Made by a program: the position numbers and the translations under genes. From Eledone cirrhosa (Eukaryota), in the NCBI GenBank assembly GCA_964016885.1, contig OZ024751.1, positions 29,822,001 to 29,886,000 of the forward strand: a stretch of DNA of 64,000 nt, given 5' to 3'. Below are positions 39,638 through 53,597 of the stretch, piece after piece. Positions within the stretch are counted from its first letter, which is position 1. Each line of letters begins with the position of its first letter. The notes beneath the pieces were generated by a model. It was not told the DNA's origin. It did not search any database and was given only the letters and a program-made list of their open reading frames with translations.

Positions 39638-39995
39638 TTAATTGGTATAAATTAATTTTTTGTCTCTTGTCCCTTACTCCACTGTTCAGCGTTTGGGTTG
39701 TGTCAGGCGCTGTGACCTCAGGTGGGGGCCAGCAATACCATTGGTAGGGGTCAAAATGGCCAAAGTCCAACTCAACGGTCAATGACCCTGGAGTTCTGTG
39801 CCCTTTGTATTTTATTTTCAAAACATTATTTCTTAAAATAATTTTTTAATTACTGCATTGTTTCTTGAAAAATAAAACTCATTTGGTCATTCCGTGAGGG
39901 TATCTTGGTCAGCCTATGGACTTTTCAGCCGACCCTTATACATATATGGACACATGCCATGCACACACACACATATATATATGTATATGTATGTG

Positions 39996-40026
<31 letters not shown>

Positions 40027-40039
40027 TATAAGTAATTGA

Positions 40040-40250
40040 TTGACTTTTGTCAAATCGGACCGAGGAAACAATGTTTCCATTGGTCTTTCCAATTGCTAAT
40101 ACTCTCCATCGGTTGCAACTCCAGGTAGACGGAACAACATGAAATAAAGTGTCTTGCTCAAGAACATAACGCATCGCCTGGTCCGGGAATTGAACTCACA
40201 ACCTCACGATTTCGAATCCAATTCTCTATCCACTCAGCCACGCACCTTCA
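40040..40250 (-). mobile_element. tRNA/CORE-like SINE variant
   Basis: Reverse complement of 905-1095 plus an A-box head. Confidence 0.78.
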
Positions 40251-40394
40251 ATATATATACACACACATTTTCCCTCCATTTTATTTGTTCATTCAACTGT
40301 ATTATATTGTTTGATCAAGTTTTTCTGACTCCTCCATTATTGTTGTGCTTAGTTTCATTCTATAGCAGGACAATGTATGTATGTATGTGTGTGT

Positions 40395-42830
40395 ATGTGT
40401 GTTAGCCTATATCTATGTGTGTATGTGTTAGCCTATATCTATGTGTGTATGTGTGTGTGTGTGTTAGCCTATATTTATGTGTATATGTGTATGTTAGCCT
40501 ATATCTATGTGTATGTGTGTATGTTAGCCTATATCTATGTGTATGTGTGTATGTTAGCCTATATCTATGTGTATGTGTATGTTAGCCTATATCTATGTGT
40601 GTGTATATGTGTATGTTAGCCTATATCTATGTGTATGTGTGTATGTTAGCCTATATCTATGTGTATGTGTATGTTAGCCTATATCTATGTGTATGTGTAT
40701 GTTAGCCTATATCTATGTGTGTGTATATGTGTATGTTAGCCTATATCTATGGGTATGTGTGTATGTTAGCCTATATCTGTGTGTATGTGTGTGTGTGTGT
40801 GTGTATGTTAGCCTATATTTATGTGTATATGTGTATGTTAGCCTATATCTATGTGTATGTGTGTATGTTAGCCTATATGTATGTGTATGTGTATGTTAGC
40901 CTATATCTATGTGTGTGTATATGTGTATGTTAGCCTATATCTATGGGTATGTGTGTATGTTAGCCTATATCTGTGTGTATGTGTGTGTGTGTGTGTGTGT
41001 GTATGTTAGCCTATATTTATGTGTATATGTGTATGTTAGCCTATATCTATGTGTATGTTAGCCTATATCTATGTGTATGTGTATGTTAGCCTATATCTAT
41101 GTGTGTGTATATGTGTATGTTAGCCTATATCTATGGGTATGTGTGTATGTTAGCCTATATCTGTGTGTATGTGTGCGTGTGTGTGTGTATGTTAGCCTAT
41201 ATTTATGTGTATATGTGTATGTTAGCCTATATCTATGTGTATGTGTGTATGTTAGCCTATATCTATGTGTATGTGTATGTTAGCCTATATCTATGTGTGT
41301 GTATATGTGTATGTTAGCCTATATCTATGGGTATGTGTGTATGTTAGCCTATATCTGTGTGTATGTGTGTGTGTGTGTGTGTATGTTAGCCTATATTTAT
41401 GTGTATATGTGTATGTTAGCCTATATCTATGTGTATGTGTGTATGTTAGCCTATATCTATGTGTATGTGTATGTTAGCCTATATCTATGTGTGTGTATAT
41501 GTGTATGTTAGCCTATATCTATGGGTATGTGTGTATGTTAGCCTATATCTGTGTGTGTGTATGTGTGTGTGTGTGTGTGTATGTTAGCCTATATTTATGT
41601 GTATATGTGTATGTTAGCCTATATCTATGTGTATGTGTGTATGTTAGCCTATATCTATGTGTATGTTAGCCTATATCTATGTGTGTGTATATGTGTATGT
41701 TAGCCTATATCTATGGGTATGTGTGTATGTTAGCCTATATCTGTGTGTATGTGTGTGTGTGTGTGTGTGTGTATGTTAGCCTATATTTATGTGTATATGT
41801 GTATGTTAGCCTATATCTATGTGTATGTGTGTATGTTAGCCTATATCTATGTGTGTGTATGTGTGTATGTTAGCCTATATTTATGTGTATATGTGTATGT
41901 TAGCCTATATCTATGTGTATATGTGTATGTTAGCCTATATTTATGTGTATATGTGTATGTTAGCCTATATCTGTGTATGTGTATGTCTTTGTTTGTGTTT
42001 ATGTGCGTGAGTCTCTCTACCAGAGTGTATGTGTGTGTCTCTATACCAGAGTGTATGTGTGTGGCTCTCTACCAGAGTGTATGTGTGTGGCTCTCTACCA
42101 GAGTGTATGTGTGTGTCTCTCTACCAGAGTGTATGTGTGTGGCTCTCTACCAGAGTGTATATGTGTGTCTCTACCAGAGTGTATGTGTGTGTCTCTCTAC
42201 CAGAGTGTATGTGTGTCTCTCTACCAGAGTGTATGTGTGTGGCTCTCTACCAGAGTGTATGTGTGTGTCTCTCTACCAGAGTATATGTGTGTGTCTCTCT
42301 ACCAGAGTGTATGTGTGTGTCTCTCTACCAGAGTGTATGTGTGTGTCTCTCTACCAGAGTGTATGTGTGTGGCTCTCTACCAGAGTGTATGTGTGTGTCT
42401 CTCTACCAGAGTGTATGTGTGTGGCTCTCTACCAGAGTGTATGTGTGTGTCTCTCTACCAGAGTGTATGTGTGTGTCTCTCTACCAGAGTGTATATGTGT
42501 GTCTCTCCCTACCTGTGTGTGTGTGTGTGTGTCTCTCTCTACCTGTGTGTGTGTGTGTGTCTCTCTCTCTACCTGTGTGTGTGTGTGTGTGTCTCTCCCT
42601 ACCTGTGTGTGTGTGTGTGTCTCTCCCTACCTGTGTGTGTGTGTGTGTGTGTCTCTCTCTACCTGTGTGTGTGTGTGTGTGTCTCTCCCTACCTGTGTGT
42701 GTGTGTGTGTGTCTCTCTCTACCTGTGTGTGTGTGTGTGTGTGTCTCTCCCTACCTGTGTGTGTGTGTGTGTGTCTCTCCCTACCTGTGTGTGTGTGTGT
42801 GTCTCTCTCTACCTGTGTGTGTGTGTGTGT
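40395..42830. repeat. Compound minisatellite: GTTAGCCTATATCT(AT/GT)n, then CTCTCTACCAGA(GT)n, then CTCTCCCTACCT(GT)n
   Basis: Three consecutive arrays of 26-32 bp units; higher-order period of about 194 bp in the first. Confidence 0.95.
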
Positions 42831-42995
42831 CAGTCTACTTTGTGAGGTCTCATTATGACACACCTTACCTGTTCAGTTCTGATGCCAAGCTACCTGCCTC
42901 CCTCATTTTCTTTTTACAGGTCATCTATCCCCCCACTCTCTCCCTACACATACATACCCACATACATACCCGCATACATAAATACATACACACAC

Positions 42996-43062
<67 letters not shown>

Positions 43063-43074
43063 TACATACATACA

Positions 43075-43105
<31 letters not shown>

Positions 43106-43265
43106 GTATATAAATTATAAAAACAGCTGCAAGTATAGACATGAATATTCCTCCCGCCATTGCATTTGTTTAGGATAATATATATGTATACATACACACA
43201 CACATTTATATATATATATATACATACATACACACACACATATATGTATATATATATATATATAT

Positions 43266-43296
<31 letters not shown>

Positions 43297-44679
43297 CATA
43301 CATACATACATATATATTTTGTGTTAACTGAATTGAAATGTCTTTCATAATAATTGTTAATAACCTTACATATGGGCCTCTGTGTGTATACATGTATATA
43401 CATATATGTGAGTGTGTGTGTGTGTATGTGTGTGTGTGTGTGTGTGAGTGTGTGTGAGTGTGTGTGTGAGTGTGTGTGTGTGCATCATTACACACAGACT
43501 TACTGCTCTGGGAAGTACTTTCAGTTTATTATAAGTTAAACATTAAATCACCACCATCTTCATCATCATCGTCTCTCAGCATTTGCAACCATCTCCACCA
43601 CCATCATCATCATCATCTCAGCCACCACTATGATCATTGCCATCATCATCATCATCTCTATCACCACTACAGCCATCTCCACCATCATCACTACTATAAT
43701 CATCACTACCACCACTATTCATCATTTTTAACCCTACCACCACTATGCTTTAATCTGATGATGTACATCTGGACAAGTGTTTATCCCACCATACATATAT
43801 GTGTGTGTATTTGTTCCTGTGTATTTGTTTGTGTGTGTGTTTGCATTCGTTTACTGCTTGTTTATGTCCAATAAATTGTGTTTTCAATTAGCTACTCATA
43901 GAGTTAACCCTTATTACACTAAACCGCCTAAACCCCTCCTCCCATCCCCAGTTCAATCATATAAAACTGCTTGTTTTAAAGTGTTTATAATTAGCTACAA
44001 CCCTTCCATGATTACTTTATGTAAAAATCTTCGTTTAGTTAGATAAATAATTAGAAAGTTATGTTGTTAAATCTCTCTAAATTTTTTATTATTTTTCAAA
44101 TTATTTGAAAATCATAGGCAGTCTCTTTCAATAGAAACATGGTAAGGAAAGGGGTTGGAATATTTTCATGTGTCTGGTAGTTTCAGTTTGATAGTATATG
44201 TTGAGTTTCTTTGTGAGACAGTATTGAAGATACCATAGAATCATTCCTTTGATTATGGCTTAAGGCACTTAATGTAGAACTAATGTATTCCTTGAAGGAA
44301 CTCTTAAGATTTCTGCCAAAACCAAAATTGTTTGTTGTTCCACAAACCTGAGTCATAATTGTTTCTAATTTTGGCACAAGGCCAGCAATTTTCGGTGAGA
44401 GAGAGAGAGAGAGAGGAGTGGAGAGAGAAAAGTTGATTAAATTGACCCCAGTACTTGACAGGTACTTTATACTATGGAAGCCCCTAAACCATTTTATCTA
44501 ACACTAATGATTCTGTCAATCATAGACTTGATCTTAAGAAATGTTCAAAGGAGGATTTTCAAATTGGTCAATTCTCCATTGATCTCAACAATAAACATTC
44601 ATTTGTCCAACCAAAGACATTCGTATTCAGGAAATTAACCTGTATATGGCTGAGTATTTCACTAAAATGTCTGTCTGTC

Positions 44680-44957
44680 TGTCATGAGTCCAGAGGCTCA
44701 TCAGGCCAGTGCTTATCCTGGTTTTTGTGGGGTGAATTGACTGAGAATACATGACTTCCCCCTGGACAGGATGCTAGTCCATTGCAGGTTTAAAACCTCA
44801 GCTATTGCAGCTGGTACTCATTTTCAACTGAGTATACTGGAGCAATAGGAAATGAAGTGTTTTGCTCAAGAACGCAACACGCAACCCAGTCGAGGAATCG
44901 AACCCATGACATTATGATAATAAGTCCAACACCTTTACCACTAGGCCACGCACCTCC
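44680..44957 (-). mobile_element. tRNA-derived SINE; related copy at about 57875-58110
   Basis: CCCTGGACAGG...CATTTTCA.CTGAGTATACTGGAGCAA...AATGAAGTGTTTT.CTCAAGAAC...GGAAT.GAACCC shared by both loci. Confidence 0.75.
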
Positions 44958-45405
44958 ACTGAGTATTTCACAGATATATACAAGTCCAACACCTTTACCC
45001 CTAGGCCACGCACCTCCACTGAGTATTTCACAGATATATACAAGTCCAACACCTTTACCACTAGGCCACGCACCTCCACTGAGTATTTCACAGATATATA
45101 CAAGTCCAACACCTTTACCACTAGGCCACGCACCTCCACTGAGTATTTCAAAGATATATACAAGTCCAACACCTTTACCACTAGGCCACGCACCTCCACT
45201 GAGTATTTCACAGATATATACAAGTCCAACACCTTTACCACTAGGCCACGCACCTCCACTGAGTATTTCACAGATATATACAAGTCCAACACCTTTACCA
45301 CTAGGCCACGCACCTCCACTGAGTATTTCACAGATATATACAAGTCCAACACCTTTACCACTAGGCCATGCACCTCCACTGAGTATTTCACAGATATATA
45401 CAAGT
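44922..45405. repeat. 60-bp tandem array (8 copies) spanning a SINE 5' end and its flank
   Basis: AAGTCCAACACCTTTACCACTAGGCCACGCACCTCCACTGAGTATTTCACAGATATATAC, near-identical units. Confidence 0.95.
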
Positions 45406-46091
45406 ATCTTTAATGCTATTCCCTGGGTGAATCAACATGACACAATGTGATAAGTCTGGAAATTTGAATTACAGGTACAATCCAGAGAGAAGAATGTACC
45501 CCAGTACTTGAAAAGTACTTTATTAATTGGTCCTCAAAGGAAGAAAGGTAAAACTGTCCACAGACACATGTACTCTTCATGTAATTCTCTGGTAGAACCA
45601 ATTTGATAGAGTCGGTGACAAAGTCACTAAGTTTGGTCATTTGTATTTACAGGTGCAATACATCCAACAGGGCTTCTCTGCAGTTTCTATCTATACAATT
45701 TCTCTGCTACGGTTGGGTTTGGGGAGAGATGCCAACAGCCGTTTACACATACATAACAAAACATCACACACACACAGATGACAGACAAAGGAAAGTATGT
45801 GTGTGTGGAGTGGGCTGGTGGTGAGAAGATTATTCATTAAGTTTTGAAACTGTCCAGTACTTAGTGTTTTACCTTTAAGGTAAATTGGAAAAAGAAACCT
45901 CGTTAGTGTTGAACTAGTAGAAGTATTCTAGCATTGAAAAGGAAATTTGAGTAAAATTTGTTGGACAGGACTAAGTAACTAAAAATGAGACAAACAGCAA
46001 TGGTGAATGGATTAGACTAGAAGATTGTTAACTGGAGTCAGTCTACAATTACTGTATTTCTAATGAAATACACTCTATTTTAATTAATTTG

Positions 46092-46275
46092 CATCATCAT
46101 CATCATCGTTTTTATGTCCGTTTTTCCATGATTGCATGGGTTAGAGGGGTCATTTTCAGCACAGCTTCTCTCCACTTGCTGCGCTCCTTCGTTGTCTCCT
46201 CTCTGGATCTCAGCAATTTGAGATCAGTTCTCACCACCTCTACCCAGGTCTTTCTTGGCTTCCTTCTACTGGGAT
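46092..46275 (-). mobile_element. RTE LINE 3' end
   Basis: RKPRKTWVEVVRTDL followed by CTAACCCATGCAATCATGGAAAAACGGACATAAAAACGATGATG tail. Confidence 0.78.
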
Positions 46276-47808
46276 TTCCAAGCACTTCTTCGCCTTAATT
46301 TATTATATGAGTCTTATATAAAATTATTTTGGAAGATTTTAATTTAAATCATCAACAGCAGCTGTTTCTGGTTTCCAATCATATTCTCCTTCTTTTGACT
46401 TCCCTAGTTTACGACTGTCTCTGGTGGCTGAAATGGCTGATCTTTTTTGTATTTAAATAGGAACCTTTAAAATGGGTTATTTTTCTCCATATCTGTGGGA
46501 TTTGAACTCAGAACGTAAAGGGCCATAACTCTATGCTGCAAAGCATGGTGTCTGATGTTCTACTGATACTGCCAATTTACTGCCCTTAATAATAACAACA
46601 ACAACAATAATAATAATAAAGAAAGAAAAAAAATATATATATATATAAAATATAAGTAAAACAAAAGCAAGAGCCGCTATTGTTGTCAAGTTGTTCTCGC
46701 GGCTTAACATTGTTCCATGTGAAAAGCATCATTATTTCCATCACAGTTGGTAAATAAAGGATGTCGTTGTAGTGCAGAACAACTCTCTCCTTGCTGAATC
46801 ACAAATGATGTTGATGTGTATTACCTGTATGTACTACCTGAGTACTTACATGCCCTACCTACCTAACTACCTGGCTGGTTGGTTGGCAGTAAGGCCACAC
46901 CTGTATAGCCTTTAAAAGCTGCTTTATTTTACTATTCCATTTCCTCTTCTTTCTCGCTCTCTCGCTCTCTCTCTCTTTCTCTCTACTTCCTCTTGCACCC
47001 CACCTCCCACTTCCTCTTACACACACACACCCTCCCACTTCATATCTCTCTCTCTCTCCTTCCTCTTACACCCCCTCCAACTTCCTCTTACACACCCCAC
47101 CTCCCACTTCCTCATCTCTCTCTCCTTCTTCTTACACCCCCTCCCACCCCACACCCTCTCTCCTTCCTCTTACACCCCCACCCCTTCTCTCTCTCTTTAC
47201 TCTCACTCACCCCACCTCCCACTTCCTCTCTCACCACCTTGCACTCTTTGTTACCAATGTTAACACCTTATTACTCTACATCTCTTTGCACTTTATTTTA
47301 CTCAACATTCTCTCTCTCTCTCTCTCTCCCTCTTTCTCTTTCCCTCTCCCTCTCTCTCTTTCTCCCTCACTTTCTTATCTTTCTCAACCCCCCTCTCTAT
47401 CTCTCTCACTCATCTCCCCCCATCTCCCTCCACCTCTCTCACTCATCTCCCCCCATCTCCCTCCACCTCTCTCACTCATCTCCCCCCATCTCCCTCCACC
47501 TCTCTCTCTGTCCCTCTTTCTCACCATCTTTCTTTATGTGTGTCTCCATCTCATTCTCTCAATCTCCTGTCTCCCCTCTCCCTTTATGCTTAACTCTTTC
47601 TCCCCGTCACTCTCTCACCGTTTTTTCTTTCCCTCTCTCCCTCTCAATATATCTATCTATCTCTCTCTCTCTGGAATCCCCTTTTATTTACACTCAATTT
47701 ACACTAAACCCTCTGTCATATATATATACACATCCAGCTTAACATTACCTTTCAAAGCATGTGTAGATGACATACATACATATATGTATACATGTATATA
47801 TATGTATA

Positions 47809-47842
<34 letters not shown>

Positions 47843-48061
47843 CATATATATATGTATACATATATATATGTATATATATATATATATATACACATATATA
47901 TATATATACATATATATATGTATACATATATATATATATGTATATACATATATACATACATGCATACATATATACACATATATGCATACATATATACATA
48001 CATGCATGCAAACATACATACATGCATGCATACATATATACATGGATATCATTCATATATG

Positions 48062-48100
<39 letters not shown>

Positions 48101-48221
48101 TGACATACATATATGCATACATATATATATGTACATATATACTGACATACATATATGCATACATACATGCATATACATACTACTACATGCACACTACACA
48201 TATATATATAGGCACTTAGTC

Positions 48222-48275
<54 letters not shown>

Positions 48276-48588
48276 AACAAATACATGCACAAGCATATCA
48301 CTTGGTCACTTACATATGCATGTGTGTATATATATATATATATTTACAACACACATACACTGAATCATATATGTATATATATATATATATGGAGAATAGA
48401 AATGGCTGTGTAGTTGCTATTTAAGGTAACTTAAAATGCTGTGGGAATACGATGAAATCACGAGGGGGGGGGGGGGTGCCCATCAGTTGTCTGCTGGGGG
48501 TCTTGGATATTTCTACGCTTTAAAGACAATATATCTACCGCCCAGAGCGTCAATAACTGGAGATATATATAAATATATACATAAATAA

Positions 48589-48621
<33 letters not shown>

Positions 48622-48759
48622 CAGAAGGGATATTCAATTTGTTGGTAATTCAACAAATATAAATGTTTATAACTGATTCAAAGCACTCAACAGATTTTTT
48701 TCTGGAGTAAATATTCAATGATATTAAATAAATGGAAACTATATTTATAAAACCATATT

Positions 48760-48821
48760 TATTCTATTATATATATTTCAAGGGCACCAAAAACTTTGGT
48801 ACACTTTCATCAGATAAAATA
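48760..48821 (-). ncRNA. Type I hammerhead ribozyme (family A)
   Basis: Reverse complement TATTTTAT-CTGATGA-AAGTGTACCAA...TTGGTGCCCTT-GAAA-TATATA-TA-ATAGAATA. Stem III ATATATAT is a perfect palindrome. Confidence 0.75.
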
Positions 48822-49267
48822 CAAAGTGTGTTTTATAAATTTTGACATAGCCAAGGAACATACCTTATTAGTTGAAGTATTCCTTGGATAGTGGATTTAA
48901 AATTGTTAGGATGAGTATGCTAATGAATATGTAAATGAGGTTGAGGTATATGATTGAAAAACCGTTATTTTAGACGCTATGGAGAATTTAGATATATGTT
49001 TGTATTACTAGGAGAGAAAGAAAAAGGAAGAAAAAGAAAAAGAAAATTTATAAATATAGTTTCCATTTATTTAATATCATTGTATATATATATATATACA
49101 AACACACACACTGACATCTTATACTACACCGCCCCCCCCCCATGCACCCTATTCTCATCTCCACTCCTATTGCTACTTTCATTTTCCTCTTCCTCCTTCT
49201 CTCTCCCCCTCCTCCACCCTAATTATACATCCATCTAACTACACTTACTGACTCAACACCTCTCTCA

Positions 49268-49298
<31 letters not shown>

Positions 49299-49334
49299 AT
49301 CATTCACACACACCATATATATATACATACACAC

Positions 49335-49375
<41 letters not shown>

Positions 49376-49399
49376 CTATATCTATATATACATATATAG

Positions 49400-49446
<47 letters not shown>

Positions 49447-49496
49447 TATATATACATATATATACACATATATATATATATATACAAATATATGTT

Positions 49497-49550
<54 letters not shown>

Positions 49551-50583
49551 AATACATATATATATATATAAATACACATATATATATATATAAATACACA
49601 TATATATATACATACGCATATATATGTTTATATATACACATATATATACATATATATGTTTATATATACATATATATATATATAACCACCACCCAACCAT
49701 TATTTTATTTTATAGTTTCCACAACTGTTGCAGTTTCCCACAATTTTTGCCTGTTGCCATAGTCCCTTATCCCAGAGAACAACTAAATATATAGATATAT
49801 CTGGAAAAAAATATATAAAAATCCTTATTTACATACATATATGTACACATATACACTCATGCAGACACACCTATACACACACATATATATATATTATATA
49901 TATATGTGTGGGTGTATGTACCCATTTGTTTATATATTATATTCAAATATACATATAAAATGATATCTTTATGACAACTACCCTTCTCTTTGACTCTAAA
50001 ATTCCTGTCTGTTTATTTATCTAACTATCTCTGTTTCACCGAAGCTCCTTTTTCATACTCCCTATTTATCTATCTATCTATCTATTTGCCTCTCTGTCTG
50101 CCTACCTATCTATATATCTATCTATCAAGAAATACATCTATCTGTCTGACTTTCAGCCAAGCTTCTTTCTTTTTCTTGTTCTCGTCTCTTCTACAGGCCA
50201 TCTTCATTGCCTTCTTTCATTTCCATTTCACCTCAGCCCACCAATATCTACCTCTTTCTCCAGGAACCAAACCTGCCCAAACTTTCTTATTTGTTTGCCT
50301 TTCATCCTTCCATGGTAAAGAATGTAAAATACCAGTCATATATCGGGGCTCTAATATAACCAACTGTCCTCCTTCTTACCAAAATTAATGGCATTTTGCT
50401 TAAATGTTGTTGTTATTGTCGTTAATGATACCTGAAACTCTTTCATAATCTCCTATTTCCTCTCTACTATTTTTCCTCAACCCACACACTCTCTCTCACT
50501 CACTCTCTCTCTCTCTTACTCTTACTTCTCTCTCTCTATATATATATATATATAGCGAGAAAATTTGTTCCAAACGAACTACC

Positions 50584-50674
50584 CGTGTCCGGAGGAACCT
50601 GCAGCCGTAGAATCAGCCAGATCCATACAGTGACCATGTCTCGAGCTACCTGCCGGTGAAACACTTGTAACACG
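50584..50674 (+). ncRNA. Degenerate hammerhead-like motif with extended stem II
   Basis: CGTGT/ACACG stem I, altered core CCGGAGGA, ACC-GCAG-GTAG pairing with CTAC-CTGC-GGT, GAAA-CACTTG-TA, then AATAAA at 50676. Confidence 0.4.
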
Positions 50675-50737
50675 CAATAAACTAAGTCCAGATGCATCAC
50701 TGATTTTTCGTTTTTTTATACTATACATATATATACA

Positions 50738-50768
<31 letters not shown>

Positions 50769-50813
50769 TCATTCAAACTATTAACAAAAATAAAACTTCA
50801 TTGTGATCAAGTA

Positions 50814-50880
50814 TATTTTATTATACATATTTCAGAGGTACTGAGCTAACTTCAACAGTACGTCCTCATCAGATAAAATA
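50814..50880 (-). ncRNA. Type I hammerhead ribozyme (family A, divergent stem II)
   Basis: Reverse complement TATTTTAT-CTGATGA-GGACGTACTG...CAGTACCTCT-GAAA-TATGTA-TA-ATAAAATA. Stem I is a perfect 8 bp; stem II is 10 bp with a C-C mismatch. Confidence 0.78.
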
Positions 50881-51064
50881 AGATGATGCATGACATACCC
50901 TGACAAAGTAGATGGTTAAGATCCAGTCATGGTAGTACCATGACTGCATGTTAACCATCTAGCTCTGAAAAACCATTTCAGTTGAGTGCTTCCAATCTAT
51001 TGTAAAACTAATTCTTTGATTTATTCATCGAACCTTGTTTAACCTTTAAATATATATATAGAGA

Positions 51065-51403
51065 GAGGCACATGGCTTAGTGGTTAGAGCATTGGCCTTG
51101 CAATCGAAAGGTTGTGAGTTCAATTCTCAAACCGGGTGATGTGTTGTTTCCTTAAGCAAGACACTTTATTTCACATTGCTCCAGTTTACTCAGCTGTAGA
51201 AATGAGATGATAGGGACTGGGGTCCCTATCATTCCACTGCAAAGTGGTCGTGGTGGTGCCACAGCAAAAAAGCACCCAGCACTCACTGTAAAAGAGGTTG
51301 GTGTTAGGAAGGGCATCCAGCTGTAGAAATCAAGCCAGAATCAGTTCCCGTCCCACCCTTGCAAGCAGGGAAAAGCGGAGGTAAAATGAAATGATGATGA
51401 TGA
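51065..51403 (+). mobile_element. SINE family 1, full length (short tail variant)
   Basis: A and B boxes, CORE-like segment, ATGATAGGGAC/GTCCCTATCAT hairpin, tail GCAAGCAGGGAAAAGCGGAGGTAAAATGAAATGATG. Confidence 0.9.
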
Positions 51404-51409
51404 TATATA

Positions 51410-51453
<44 letters not shown>

Positions 51454-51483
51454 CGTTTCTGAAATATGACCCTCCCAAAGTAT

Positions 51484-51552
<69 letters not shown>

Positions 51553-53447
51553 GCTGGGAGGATATATATTGAATCATATATGAAATGGTCATGAATAATA
51601 AACATAAACACCTCCACCACTTTCCCTCCCCCTTCTTCATCTTTCTATAATATACACTCCACCCTCCCACCACTCACATTTCAAGTCCTAAGCACCAATT
51701 CTCTAATGTAAGCATATATATGTGTGTGTATGTGTGTGTGTAGTGTTTGTGTGTGTGTTGTGTGTGTGTATTGTGTGTGTCTGTTGTGTGTGTATAGTGT
51801 TTGTGTGTCATATGTGTGTATAGTGTTTGTGTGTATTGTGTGTGTATAGTGTTTGTGTGTCATATGTGTGTATGTGTGTGTGTGTGTCTATAATGTTTCT
51901 GTGTGTGTGTATAGTGTGTGTGTGTATGTGTGTGTGTAGTGTTTGTGTGTATGTTGTGTGTAGTGTTTGTGTGTTATATGTATGTATAGTGTGTGTGTTG
52001 TGTGTATATATGTGTGTGTGTGTCTAGTGTTTGTGTGTTGTGTGTATAGTGTGTGTGTTGTGTGTATAGTGTGTGTGTGTAGTGTGTAGGGAGGTGATGT
52101 GGAAGGTGTGCTGTCAGTTGCAGGCCAGGACCTGTTAACACAATCCTGCTCTCACCTTAAACAGACTGTCACACCCTCACCTGACACTGTGTAATAGACA
52201 ATGGAAGAAAGGTGTGTGTAGACAGGTGTGTGTGTGTATACAGGTTGTGCGTGTGTGTGTGTACAGGTGTGTGTGTGTGTACAGGTGTGTGTGTGTGTGT
52301 ACAGGTGTGTGTGTGCAGGTTGTGTGTGTGTGTACAGGTGTGTGTGTGTGCAGGTTGTGTGTGTATACAGGTTGTGTGTGTGTGTACAGGTGTGTGTGTG
52401 TGTACAGGTGTGTGTGTGTACAGGTTGTATGTGTGTACAGGTGTGTATGTACAGGGTGTGTGTGTGTGTGTATATATATACTTGTGTGCGTGTACAGATT
52501 GTATGTGTGTGTAGATGTGTGTAGAGGTGTGTGTTTATGCCTGTTTGTGAGCATGTGTGTGTGCATCTCTTTCTGTGTATGTTGTTTACATATGTGTGTG
52601 TCTATGCTTAATGTGCGTGTGTCTATGCATGTTTGTGTGTGTGTGTGTCTATGCTTAATGTATGTGTGTGTGTGTGTGTGTGCGTGTGTGTGTGTAAGCA
52701 TGCATATGTGTGTCTAATTATATGTGTACACACATATATATGTCTATGCCTGAAGTGTGTATTTCAATTTGTGTGTTTGAGTACATCTGTTTGTTTGTCT
52801 ATGCATGCTTGTGTGTGTGTCCACATGTGTGTGTCCACGTGTGTGTGTCCACACGTGTGTGTCCCCATGTGTGTGTCCACATGTGTGTGTCTATATGTGT
52901 GTGTCCCCATGTGTGTGTCTATATGTGTGGACACCTGTATGTGCATCCATGCTTGTCTGAATGCATGCTTGCATGTGTGTGTGTGTGTGTGTGTCTGCAT
53001 GTGTGTCATGCATATGAGTATATATATGGGTGTGGATGAATGTCTGTGTGAAAGAAAATAAAAAAAAAAACAAGAGAGAAGATGGTGGTAGGGGTGGGTG
53101 GGTGGTTAAAATGACAATAGAAGAAATAGCTTGGATGGAGGGGGAGGAGGAAAGGGCTGAGAAAAGCAGCTTAAGGTAACTGGAAGGTGAGGGAGAGGGT
53201 GGAGAAGTGGGGACCCTTTGCTCTGTGTGTGTATATATATATTGTGTGTGTGTATGTACATTTACATATATATATAAGTCTGTGTATATATATGTATGTA
53301 TATAAATATGCATATATGTATGCGTGTATATATATGTATGTATATATGTATGTGTATATATATATATGTATATGTATATACATATATATACATGTATATA
53401 TATATATACATTATATATATATATATACATTATATATATATATACAC

Positions 53448-53498
<51 letters not shown>

Positions 53499-53564
53499 TA
53501 TATATATATACACATACGCACACTATATATATATACACATACACACATATATATATATACACAC

Positions 53565-53597
<33 letters not shown>

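Noticed and set aside
41743-43120. 290-371 aa Cys/Val-rich ORFs
   Set aside because: Minisatellite translations, open in all three frames.
44922-45405. CRISPR-like regular array / 197-aa repeat protein
   Set aside because: Units are near-identical with no unique spacers, there are no cas genes, the context is eukaryotic and the unit derives from a SINE end.
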